Origin: Catajapyx aquilonaris
Taxonomy: Eukaryota
Reading direction: 5' to 3'
Length of the DNA stretch: 61,038 bases
Assembly: GCA_000934665.2 (NCBI GenBank)
Contig: JYFJ02000553.1
Coordinates: forward strand, 62,001 to 123,038
The notes beneath the pieces are model-generated. The model saw only the letters and a program-made list of their open reading frames with translations, ran no database searches and had not been told where the DNA came from. Below are positions 9,606 to 21,440 of this stretch, in pieces (position 1 is the stretch's first letter; the number at the start of each line of letters is the position of its first letter). The position numbers and the translations under genes are program-made.

Positions 9606-12600
9606 CGTTGGGCTCCCCTCCTCTCCTCTCACGCGATTGTTCCTTCGGTGAGGAAGAGTCGGGGCACTGTCGTAAACACAATGCACATGGCGAACACAAC
9701 ACACTGAATGGCAGGAGCACCAAGTCGATGTATCGAATCTCGGAGTAAACTACGTCCTTGAAAAACTGCAGTCTCCATCCACATTTCGTTGAAGAAGCCT
9801 AAAATCAGAAGCAATGCAAAAAAAAACAATGTTTTATCCCTTCGATTTTCTCCTCTCAAGCCAAGCCGAAAAAAGGTCTGTACAGATATATGGACGCCCG
9901 GATTCAAGTCACAATCGCGTGAAAACAATAGGGGCACATTGCAGCCCGTGTCTTTGTAAACATGACACGATTGCCGGCCGGCCGCCGGAGAGTCGTTAAT
10001 CTCCAGGCTTTTGTAAGCCGGGACCGAATAGAAAAAAAAACAGGCAACTGTTCACTCACCCAATAAGAATAGGCCCGTTCAGCAAATATGGGGGGCTTGA
10101 ACTGGGGAGATTCAATTGAGGTCAATTGAATGCCAGCCTTTGCGTTTACAAGCCGACGACAAATGTATACACGAACCAATTTTTTTCTCCTCGTTAATAC
10201 GCCGCATTATTAGACGCTGCGGTTTTCCTTTCCAAGAGAAGCGTGTAATTAGCCGGCAAAAGGAGCAAGTAGCATCCGATGCAAAGAGGGGGACAAAATC
10301 AATTCCTTTCCCCTTCTTCTCCAAAGGTGCAGTACATGTGCGGTGTACCCCAAAGCATAATAAGATTTCTCCGGGAGATGAATACACGCGGAATTAGATT
10401 CCTCTCAGTTGTAGCCTCAGGAAGGAATATCGTGCCGCAATAGTCGCCGCTTCAGAAAACCCGCAAATCGATAGTAGCAGCAACTGTGGTGGAATGCTGC
10501 TCGGTTTTTGATGTGTCTACGGTACATACATCTCAGCTCTTTTCCTCGCATACTTCTATACAATTATTTCTAGCTTATTTGCTCCTTTTCGGTCCCGCGC
10601 ACTAATGACATCAGACTGATTACTGGCCCCGAATTCAGACCCCCCAAGTATAGTGAAAGAAGACTGGTGGGGATGTTGAGCTCATTACGCTTATCAGGTA
10701 CTTTTTTTGGACCCGTTCGCTACATGGATGGAGCCATAAGAACCATGCAGCAAGCCCTAATGCGGATTAAATCACTCTCCCCACCGCCACCATCATTGAA
10801 AAAGCAGCGGTGCGGTCAAAATGCATGCTGTATGCTGTTTGGGTCCAACGTTGCCTGGCTAGTGCTGCAGAGCGTTATAGTAGAAGGGGGTATAATGACA
10901 GTGCATTTACTCGGGAAAGAGACGGTTAGAGTGCCGGGGGGTTGGATTATTTATTCACGTACAGTCCATGAGAATATTTCCGATACTGCTTTTTTTGCAG
11001 AATGATACAGGGAGCAGGTAGAAAAAATCGTATCGGAAAGACCATCAGATAGTAATATATGGTTGATTTATTAATGAGGCGGGTAATGAAGTTATTAAAG
11101 GTTGTTCGGGCCCAATTAGTAGCTGGCCTGCAGCATTGTTGTACCGTGGGCTTCCCAATCGATCGGGGGGAATTTTAACGATACTATTTCTCACTACAGT
11201 ACAGTATACGGACGGCTAGTTGACCTCTTTTCTATGTTCACCTACAGTATACTCAAGTGTCCCTTCTATGAAAAAGAAAGAGGGGCCTTTTTGAAGAAGC
11301 TAAACTTTTCATAACAAAAGGATTGTGACTGCAATCCGAGGCAGCTCCATTTGATTCGAAAGGAAAAGACATGCGAAGGAAAATTTCCGAGGCCCGTTTT
11401 CTGACAAGGCACAAGGACTTGGAGGAGCATAAAAGCAGAGGATTACCCCTTCTGAGCTCCTGGGGACCATAGGCACTGTATAACAAGAAAGAATAGGTGA
11501 GAGGAGTGCACTTCCTGTCCTATATGTGAAACTATTGCTTGTCCGTAGCCCCTTGAGACCCTAAGCCGGATTTTGGAGGAGAGAGGGAAAAAAATCCGGA
11601 GAACCATCCGTGCAGCTCTATCAGTGCTAATTGCAGACACTGTGCCATTAATATGTGGCACACGTGAGGAAACTTTTTGGGGCCCTCCAGAATTTATGGG
11701 CTTTTGCCCTTTTCTGGATGTTCAGCGCAATAAATAATTCCGGCGGCGATTATTAAACTCTTCACGCGCTCCCGAACTTGAATGGGTTGGAAATTATGCT
11801 AAAAGACCCCCACCTTCCCATTATATCGAGGCATAAAAATGCCCGGAGGCGGTTCCTTTCGCACAGTGTTTGAATGCAATCGAGAGAGCAATTATGAGGA
11901 AACAAGAGCGGGGGGTTCTACTTTTTCATCTCTGTTCAAACATGCACTAGCTCGTTTTATAGGACATTCAGGAGATAACACGCTCCCATCCTTGACAGAC
12001 ATAATTTCCGCCTGAAGCGCCTTATCTGGCCCGGGGTAAAATCTGTTAACTTTAAAGTCGGATCCGAACATTGCTATGTGGAGCTAAGCTCAATGACCCA
12101 AAGTTCCATTAAAAGCTGCTCGATTCAGCAAAGTGGTTCAGATCGCGCTGGAATGATCGCTAAGCTTCCATGTGTTAGTTCAAAAGTGCAATATATTATT
12201 TAGATGGTTCCAAATATACGGTAAATAAGCAGGCAAAAAACCTCCTCATGCGGTTTCGTGGCTTCAATTTTATTTGTGGGCTCGCTCACTCCTAACACCG
12301 TTATCGTATTATTGCTCGGTGAGCTGTGTAAACAATGCTAATATTATTACCATTTACGCTCTGTCAGTATCAGAGTATAATGTATAATGTCGTAATTACA
12401 GTGTACCACTAGTATGGCAACGATGGTAAAAACTGCAATATATTCAGCTATATATCGGGCAGTATACTTTACCATTGTCAGCATTTAACTTGATCAAGAA
12501 TAAAACAGCGTGTTTCAGAGTATAACGATTAACGAGCAGCCATCTGTTCGTGTCACCGATTGTACTAAAAACTTTACGGCAACAATCTACGCCTAAGTGT

Positions 12601-14689
12601 TCAAGTGTTACAATGCACATGATTAAGTAATTTAAACAGTTACTCTGCCAATTGGGTGGGTTATCCTGTCTATAATGATTCATTCCCTCCCACACACTGC
12701 ATTTAATATCTTCATTGGGAATACAAATATTACAAACAAATATTTAGCGAAATGAATAACTATTTTAGCACAACCGTACAGTACATCGGACCCATGTGGT
12801 TGTTGGTGTACTTCAATCGACAACACATCAAACTTGGCTGATTTTATGTGAATTTCAGGCACGTGTTAAAGTACCCTCAGGTAGAAATACACGTTCCCAC
12901 AACAATGCTCCAGGCTTGTTACTCGACGCATTTGCATGGGTACTACGCGCTGTGGTGTCCAGAAGTGCTCTAGAGGAAAGCTCGTCCCCTCTCTATTTTT
13001 TTCTCCCTTTCCTTCCCCTCTCCAAAGCCCCCAAAAAATCCATGACGTACAAGCAATTAACGTTGGCCGTGACACCTTCAGCTAGACGTAAACGAATCCT
13101 CCGCGTATAAAGGTGAACTGGTATCCAATTTTATTGCGTTCCAGAGTAATTAATTTTTGGACCAGAATCTCCGGAGTAGTGTTTCCTACTGATCAATGAC
13201 GCCACTGGGAAAGAGTGGTGCAGGGAATTACCAGCGTGATTACTTCTATGGCCCAGAAGAACTTGCCAATAAATCATTGCTTAGATATTGTTCTCTGGTT
13301 TTAGCAATTACCGGCTCGAGGTTGAGGGGGGAAAGAAAAAGCCCAAGAAATCATTTTCCGGTGAAGAATTTACTGAGGGGAGATCGAAAGATTGAAATCT
13401 CTCCCCCGTATATTGGCGGTGCAAAATCCGGAGGCTGAATGGCAAAATCTTCCGTCCCCTTGGAGCTTTAGCAATAATGTCTATTTGCACAGAGGAAAAC
13501 TGTACGGTCCGCAACGTTTGTGCAACATACTCTATCGGATATTGGCTCAAAGCAATCAAAATGTGACGAACGCGATTATCCTAAGCCCCCTTCCGTCCAT
13601 AACGAAATCATCTCTGGCGGGAATAGTCACACAAGCCTGAAACCAGACTCCGTGTGTATACTGTCACGCGTTCAAACACAAAGTATAGCTTTTCGCCGCC
13701 AATTTTATTTTTTTCAAAAACCTCCCATGGATACTCCAATACGGGCCATCCGATACATACAAAGGCTTGGGGATGAATATCATTTTTCGGGGAACCAGCA
13801 CACTTGACACGCTCATGGTTTCATGCCTCTGATGAAAATGAATGGCGTACCGGCTTCCTGTACCGAGCACATTTTAATGCGTGTTATTAACAGGAAGTGA
13901 CCTCTCGACATTCACGGGGGTTCGAAATTTTTTAAATCTCCTATATTACAGGTTGATGCATTTCACATGTCCCTAGCAGACAAATTAGCTCGATAAACCA
14001 CTTCTTAGGTATGAACTTGAGGCAGTGAAACACCCTGTAGTGTTCATCATGCTTTTTTGCGCAAATACGGCGGGTAATATTCACGTCAAACGCGGAGGCA
14101 AACATGAACAAACAGGCCAAACGCGGTTAACCGCAACTACTCTCCAATTTATGCAATTACGGTACTATGAAACGTCATTTTATCACGTAAATGAATTACA
14201 AATTGGAGAGTTTTGACCTTGTTACGCAAACATGACTGGCTGTACGGGCCGTCAAGCACAACCCAAGTCAATTAAATTCGCAGAGTTAGTAAGCATTCAT
14301 CTCTTGTTAATGGAGCTACTGTATAGTAACATCAGTCATCATTTTTTTTGTCCTCCAAAAAATGAGAGAGGATGGGTCCAACTACATTATGGACACACAC
14401 ACACATGGTGGGTGCCATTATGTAGACAACAATGTGGTGAGCCCACTCATAAAATTAATGCGAAGCATTTGCACTACTATCATTGCGGCTTATGTAAATA
14501 TCCGATCCGGGGATCATTACAGCATTTTTATTGTCTGCACATGTGGGCCTCCATTTACATGCGGTTTTCCAATCAAATCGACTATTCATCCCAGGCCCCG
14601 ACCCGCACATATTGTTTTTCCATAAAGACGGCAGGAGGAAACCTGCTTTTGCTGCGCAGAAAACGACCTGAGAATCCGGAGTCTGCCTG

Positions 14690-15110
14690 GCAGAAGGATG
14701 GTTTTCATTACTCAGGCTCATCTAGTACGGCAATTCCCATTGGGGTAATCGAGGCAGGAAAGGACTTGGGATGGGTTCCATCTGTAAGTGGCCAGTGGAC
14801 GACCTCCCACTCTGATCCCCAGGAGAAGAGCCAATTTCCTTCCACACTGCACAGACTTTCTTTCCAACACTGGAAAATCAGACGAGATTCCCGCCCACCC
14901 ATTCCTCCGTAATGTTAATCCCTACCCTATTTTTCTTCTGCAGCCTTTGAAGGGGCTGTGTAACAGCCAGCATCAGGAAAATCACTGAAGGAAAAAGGCG
15001 TAAACCTGGATATCTCCATTACTTCCAGATTCTACCGAATGCTCTAATATTTGAAGCAGAAGAAGAAATGAAAGAAAAACTGGCTGCAATTTGGCTATCT
15101 CTAACTTCCG
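14690..15110 (+). mobile_element. Decayed CR1/L2-like LINE ORF2 C-terminal fragment
   Basis: IEAGKDLGWVPSVSGQWTTSH..EKSQ..LHRLSFQHW resembles the (E)KDLGV.IS..L.W..H...KA...L..I.RSF consensus. By-eye match only. Confidence 0.4.
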
Positions 15111-15153
15111 ATCGGCCCCCTCACACAACAATATGATTAAGCAGTGTCCTTTT

Positions 15154-15361
15154 GTTGACGCTCTTTACTCATATTGTTGGGATCATTTCCATGGAAACTT
15201 GAAAAATGGGAAGTTCAGAAGTGCATTCTAGGATGTCCTTTTACTTGATGGCAATTAACAATGTGTCCTCCATCACCGCAGGCCTAGAAAAAAAGCGAGT
15301 GGCTTTTTAGACCTGCGCCCTAGAAAAGATGCGAAGCGTATATAGTGAGGGCTTTTCTAGT
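15154..15361 (+). mobile_element. Helitron-like repeat, 3' portion with duplicated terminal hairpin ending CTAG-T
   Basis: Homologous to the reverse complement of 21261-21440 (gttgac...tttactcatattg...atttccatggaaac.tgaaaa...ttaacaat.tgtc...caggcctagaaaaaa...gcgaagcg...ttttctagt). A GCGAAGC hairpin followed by CTAG is typical of Helitron 3' ends. Confidence 0.65.
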
Positions 15362-16399
15362 TTTTCAATCTTTAAAAATGCAGGCTACATGCATCATGAT
15401 TATAGGCTAAAGCTGTTGAATTTGTAAGCTTAGCATTATCAATAATTAGCAAATAATCCCATTACAATCCATTAAAAATATTCCCACCATTGTGACGCAA
15501 GAGGGGTTTGAAATTACATTTTGCTGTATCGACTAGGCCGAGTTGTGACGTCCTTTGGTGCCTGTAGAAAACCCAATACTCCGGGGTCCCGGTGTACAAC
15601 TGGCTCTCCAGCCAAACCAAGTCATTCGTCACGGCTTCCTTGCCCTTCGAAATCTGCTAATTGCCATTCGGTTGATCTAACCCTTTCAACAGTAGCCCCC
15701 GTCAATGGGCCGATAGTTTGACCTGGTAACCTGCATTTTTCCACCCCCAACACTTCAGGCCTTTATGGACACAGAGAGGGGGGGTCGAACATTCCCCTGC
15801 TTATCTCAACACGCTTTGAGCTCTCTATGATTAAAATCGATCAGATTTCTGTCCACATTCCTCTGGAATCCGATTCTCTACGTTCCCCCCAATTTCTATG
15901 AATTCCTCCTAAAGTTGGACTCACAATAAAATGTTGTAGCAGACAGTCATGATGGACAACATTTCCAAAAATAAATATTCCTTCCGGCACATTTTCCCCT
16001 GATATTTTTTTGGAATTGAGCACATTATTGCGAAACACATTGTGTAGCATATATTATCCTGTTTTTTTCCGAATCTAGCCCCGGATGCCTAGGGCAACAA
16101 GCGTCAACCTTGGCTCTACGCATGTAAATTTAATGGCGCACCTGACGTGCGCATAATAGTTCCGGCACGTAAGTCAGTAATTTTATGTCCCGTGTTGCGA
16201 TACCAAGTATCGCGCCCTCGATTCCATTCCAAGTGTCCTTGTCGGTTTGTCCATTTTTATTCCGAGAATACTGTTATACACGGAGCTGTCGGCCGCTTGA
16301 AATGTGATAATTGCATATTTCAGCACGCCCGCCGCCCTGAATTGAACATCAATATTAATGGTGTCAAAAGTGCATGACCCCCCCGCGAAGAGTGAAAGC

Positions 16400-16650
16400 C
16401 GACCTTGAGTTCATCCTGAGCAGGCCAGCACCCAACAGCCACTCTTGGACGCCGGGCTGTATAGTTTCCAGGCGCAACATTTTTGGTGAGGGGAGGTGGG
16501 TCTCACCAATTTAAGGAAAACGTGACTGGGTCTGGGAGACGTGAGGTTGACAGTGGCACAGGGTCAGCAACCTCTACCTTTGCCGCTTGCCACACCCATT
16601 TCAAACCCGCCTTGAGGATCGATCCCCCCTCCGCTTTCCAGAGAGAAGAG
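16400..16650 (-). mobile_element. Decayed CR1-like LINE fragment
   Basis: Minus-strand GSILKAGLKWVWQAAKVE ... LKLVRPTSPHQKCCAW ... PGVQEW resembles GV.I...L.W..H / LVRP.LEY...W / E.VQ motifs. By-eye match. Confidence 0.3.
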
Positions 16651-18149
16651 GAAAAGGGGAGGGTTGGCAAAATTTTGGGCGAGGTGGGGGTGGATGCAAC
16701 TTCCGTCCCCGGAAACTCGCAACTCGGTTTGGGAGAGAGCTACAGCAAAACGTGATAATCAGACAGGATCCCTACAAACAATTGAAAACTTTAGCTATTG
16801 AAGATAGTGAGTGGACCATTTTTTAGGCCCGCAATTTAGATGGTCTGTACTGTACTACTAATTGCAGCATAATCCGTGCCAAGTGTGGGCAAGCAGAGAC
16901 GGCGGCGTCTCAGTGACATTGGGAGAGATTAGCCACGGCACACTGCTGCTACACCTCGACACGCAGGACTAGAGGTCTTGGGAAGACTATCTCCTGAGGA
17001 TGCCACGTTTTGTGGTCGATAGCAACTGGTCTCACAAGGAATTGGGCCCGATTCCAAACCCGCGGGAGAAAACCATGCCGCGCAATAATGATCCTCTGGC
17101 AAAGAACATGTTGCTCTTTTTGCTGCTAATGTCAGGATTTTCGGTCTGGCGCCTTAACTTTAGGTCTGACTGTACCTTTTATAGGTCAATGTCGAGATAC
17201 ATTGTTTGTTTGTTTTGTATGTTTTATATGTAGGTGATCGACTTGTCTCTGGGTTGGTATTGTGGTAACACAAACACTGAAATTGTGAATCGAGTTTGGA
17301 CTGGGTTCCCTCCTGGATGTTCCTAGAGAGAAGTGTAAAGAGTAGATCTGCAATTGTTGTAAGGGATATTATGAATGACAATTGAGGCGCTGACATGGAA
17401 AAGGGCATAAGTCACAAAGAGAAAATAATGTGCATCAAAGAGAAAAAGGGTGCCTATACAACATCGTATATAAACTCCTAAATGTTTTTTCTTTGACTTT
17501 TCATGACTCTTTGTAACAAAATCCAACAATAAGGAAGCTTTTGTGTAATAAAATCTGATTTTCGGTGTTCCCAAAACTGTGTTTTTTTTGGCCTAGCCCC
17601 TGTAAAATATTTTTTGTGCCGTATGCCATTTCCCATGTCAACGCCTCAATTATTTTTCTGCCTGTTTCCTGAGTTGTGAACATTCTGGTTTTACTGTGAC
17701 GATTTTTCAACATGAATTGGCCACAAAACATTGCAGCTCAGCTTTAAATTTTTGAATCGCGTTAGTGGCCTGTCAGAATCAAAGCGGAACTTTCACGTTG
17801 TCACTGAGCACCACACTTTGTAAGTGCTGTTCTAGGGTTCAGGATATATAATCCGACATGTGCTGAATACATTTCTCGGTATGAGATTTCACTCCATTCA
17901 TTTTACCCATTCAAATGCATGAGCCTGGGCAGTCCGAGACCCCGTTTGAAAAATACTAGCTGAATACGAGTCGCCATTAATAATTCTGCGAGTGCGCAAA
18001 AACAGAGCAATTTAGCAATTTCGGTCCGGTCTTGTTCCACTGGAGGTAGTGCAGAGATGTCGCTAAATATAACTCCTAACGGGGCCAAAGGAACAGGCAC
18101 GTTGTGACATTCTACAGGACGCTTTACAGAACAGTCAGCTCCGCACATT

Positions 18150-19150
18150 CTATGTTACAGTTGGCATACAGCAAGAAAATCGGTGGGAATTTTCGCTGCT
18201 CGAGTAAGCTTCAATTCCAGCTTCGTTTTTCAATCACACTTGACATCGAGTTAAAAATTCAATTCCGAAGGGTGAAAACCACTAGGGGGGGAGGGGTAGA
18301 GAAAGTCAACCGAGTCCCTTCCCGGCTCCGCAACATCGTTTGTAAATCAAATTCAAATACAACAGGACGTCTGAAATGAAAAGAGGCTGGAAAAATATAA
18401 AAAAAGGAGGACGTCGGACACTATTTCCCAATCCGGGCGATGTCTACCTGTCATTGTCTGTCTACAAAAGAAGTCAAGGCGGGGCTTTTTGCAAAAGAGA
18501 CGATTTCAGGATCGATCTGATCCCGATTGCGTGCCACAAGCAAACCGATTTGAAAACCTGCTCGTATTAAGCCTTCGCAATACCTATGATAAATGATGGG
18601 AATACCCTTCTTCTCATGGACTGTATATCGTTCTGAAGACCTCTATCATTTGCTCTATAGGTAAATTGCCATCTATAAAAGTCCTCTTGGAAGGAGGCTT
18701 CTGGACTAGAGCAGCAGAAGAGCGGCTCGCCTCCAGGGAAGTAGTGAAATGAGTTCACAGACGGCCGTAAATCTCATGGAATTGTTGATGAATGTTCTGT
18801 TTGAGATAGTCCGGGAGAGAAGCGCGCGCCTTAAGTGCGGAGAAAACCGGGGCCCTGACCAAACACATAACTCTCGGGTCTTCAACTAATTCTGCGAGTA
18901 ATAGCACCACTGTCGACAATAAATTGCGAATCGGGAAGGTGAAAAGAACCGGCTCGATATTAGTGTGATTACATCCAATAGGTCTTTTTTGCAACACCCC
19001 GCAGGCGTATAACAACACCTTTTTTTTTTAAAAAAAAGAGAGGGGTGGTGGAGGGGCAAAATGTGCTTGCTCTGCACACATTTCCAGTGCCGTGGTCGAT
19101 ACATCCATAATGGCTGGTATGAAGTGAAAATAAGCCGGCTCATCGCCGCC
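18150..19150 (+). mobile_element. Decayed RNase H-bearing LINE (R1/I-like) fragment
   Basis: Ordered degenerate motifs across frames: ITLDIELK (GV.LD..L.F), RRTLF, GKLPS (G.LPI), FTDGRKSHGIV (YTDGSK..G.VG), HNSRVFN (H.SVFQAE). Many stops and frameshifts. Confidence 0.45.
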
Positions 19151-21260
19151 GTACTAAAATGTTTGCAAATGTCTACAGCTCTTCCCTAAATTTTTAAAAA
19201 CTGGTACCGGTGTGACACGGTTCATCCCCGGGACAGAAAAGGGCCTGGAGTGTTGCATCAGACAACAATTCATGAAAATGGTAGTGCGCTACGGGTCATC
19301 CCCCCCAGCATATTCGGATAGTTTTTCTCTCGTATATGTTCAATGTTCATACAATACAAAAGGGGCTTTGTTATCTATTCATTTGCAAACGGCCGTTACC
19401 CCCATGACGCAGATAAAAAAATGCACTATAAAAACTCCTTGGAACTAACATATTGCAATAACAAAAATCGAAATGAACAAACCAGGATTTGCAGCCATTG
19501 TGCAAAATTTTCTCGGATTCCTTGCAATATTTCAATTTTCGCTATTTTGGCATTGTTACTTGGCATCGCAGATTCTCGGAAAATCAGTCGTCTTAACTAG
19601 TTGCTGCAAAGGCTGCCGCCAGTTCGATGATCCTTTGGCGGTTATAATAATCTTCACTGCGCTGATGCATTTGTATCGCAAATTGAACCTTCCAAATATG
19701 ATGAGGATTTCTGGAATATTCGCGCGGTTCCATCTATCCAACAAAGCAGCTCCGATCGCGTTCCTCCCAGGCGCCCAAGATGTTGGATGTTGATTCTCGG
19801 CCTGCTTCCAACAACACAGCTTCTCTCGAAGATCGAAAAAAAAGCTCAGTCAAAAAAGGGAGGGAATTCCCCTCTACTCTACCCTCTCCAAAAAATTCCC
19901 TTTTTTCCATCTCAAACCGGGGCTGAGCTGTCGGAGGAAAAATTGCGAACATGTTCCCCAGGATTCAATAAGAAGGCAAAGGCGGATGGCTGTTTCAACC
20001 GAGTGCGCAGATTCAGAGACTGAGAAGAACGGAGTAAGTGATGGAAGGAGACTTGGACAAAAAAAAAGGAGGGGGGATATTTTACCGCATTTCCTTCCAG
20101 TAATGAATAGAGCGGTGGCTTATCGCATTTTAGAAGAAAAAAAGGGGAAAGGAAAAGCGATCAAAGAGACCTTTACCACCCTCTCCGCCCCCTTTCAAAA
20201 GCACTGGAATTCGAAGAGGTGGGTGATCATGCAGAATCAATTTTTTATTTGAACAGTAGAAAATTTTATCCTGAAGATGCAATCAATATTAGTGCCATTA
20301 TTGGCGCTTTTTCTTCCTGTTCTTCTTGCACATTGATGCTTAACTATTTTAATCAATCACTCTTTGCCCCCGTTTAATATCGAAGCAGCAGCACGATATA
20401 CTCCTACATAATACTGCAGGGGCCATTGATACATCGGAAAAAATTAATGAATCTAGGGGAGGGGCATTCGCGTGGCCTCAAATGCGGTTGGTCGATTAGA
20501 TTGTTGGTGGGTTCAGGAGCGGATGAGCTCCATTTTGTTCAGCCGGGCTTGGCAAACAAGTCGGGTTGCTCCAATTTCTCGGCTAGTTTCATGCAAGTGC
20601 CTGGTGGGTACCTAGCTCCTGGTTTGGCATTACAGCTTTTTCCTGGCCTGGAATTAGTTAGGCTTGTTGCGATCAATTAACATGTTAAGTCCGCATCGAG
20701 GAACCGCCCATCGCATGTATGTGCAAGAGCCACGTATGGTAGACCACCGGTAACTGAATCATTACGCTGTCCCAAGTAGACGGGTTGAAACACGAGCCTT
20801 TCACTTATGCATGGCCTACCAGATGTGTTTCAAATTGGGTTATTCGGTAAAGCAAACAAACGACTGTGTACCCACAGACCTCATGACCCACTGGTGCCCT
20901 CTTTTTAGGCTCTGTTCTAGGCCAGTATGGCACGTACAGTGTAGCACTACGTCAAAGGAAAAGTCACGCTTTGGTCGATGCACGTGGGGATTTTAAAGTT
21001 TGTACATAATCCTCAGTGCATGCACAGACAGTGTGGAAAATGACACGCCCAAATCCAAAAAAATTGATGAACAACTCAGAGCATACCTTCATACCCCCAG
21101 GTGGTAGCTCATCAAAATAATGGCGTACTGTAGCCTACATTAATTTAATGTTCGTAATGCAGGTGCAAAAAAAAGTACGAGACTCATAAAAGTATACATT
21201 AAATGAGAGCAGCACAAGTCCATTTTCATGAAGCATACAGGGTTATCACATTAAATAGTT

Positions 21261-21440
21261 ACTAGAAAAACCCTCGCTTCGCTCCCTTTTTTCTAGGCCT
21301 GAGGTAATGAACGACATATTGTTAATCGCCTTACTATATAGTCAAAGGACAACATGTAATGCAATAATTATATTCTGAAACATCCTACTTTTCACGTTTC
21401 CATGGAAATGGCATCAGCAATATGAGTAAACAGTGTCAAC
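21261..21440 (-). mobile_element. Helitron-like repeat, 3' portion (second copy)
   Basis: Reverse complement ends caggcctagaaaaaagggagcgaagcgagggtttttCTAGt and is homologous to 15154-15361 and 53734-53804. Confidence 0.65.

Noticed and set aside
9606..9704. N-terminal extension from the GTG start used in the ORF track
   Set aside because: A GTG start is a prokaryotic-style call; the first in-frame ATG is at 9605.
3681..9723. Many overlapping antisense and alternate-frame ORFs (e.g. 4475-5458, 7639-8031, 9051-9581)
   Set aside because: These are shadows of the GC-rich, repetitive coding exon, with no independent evidence.
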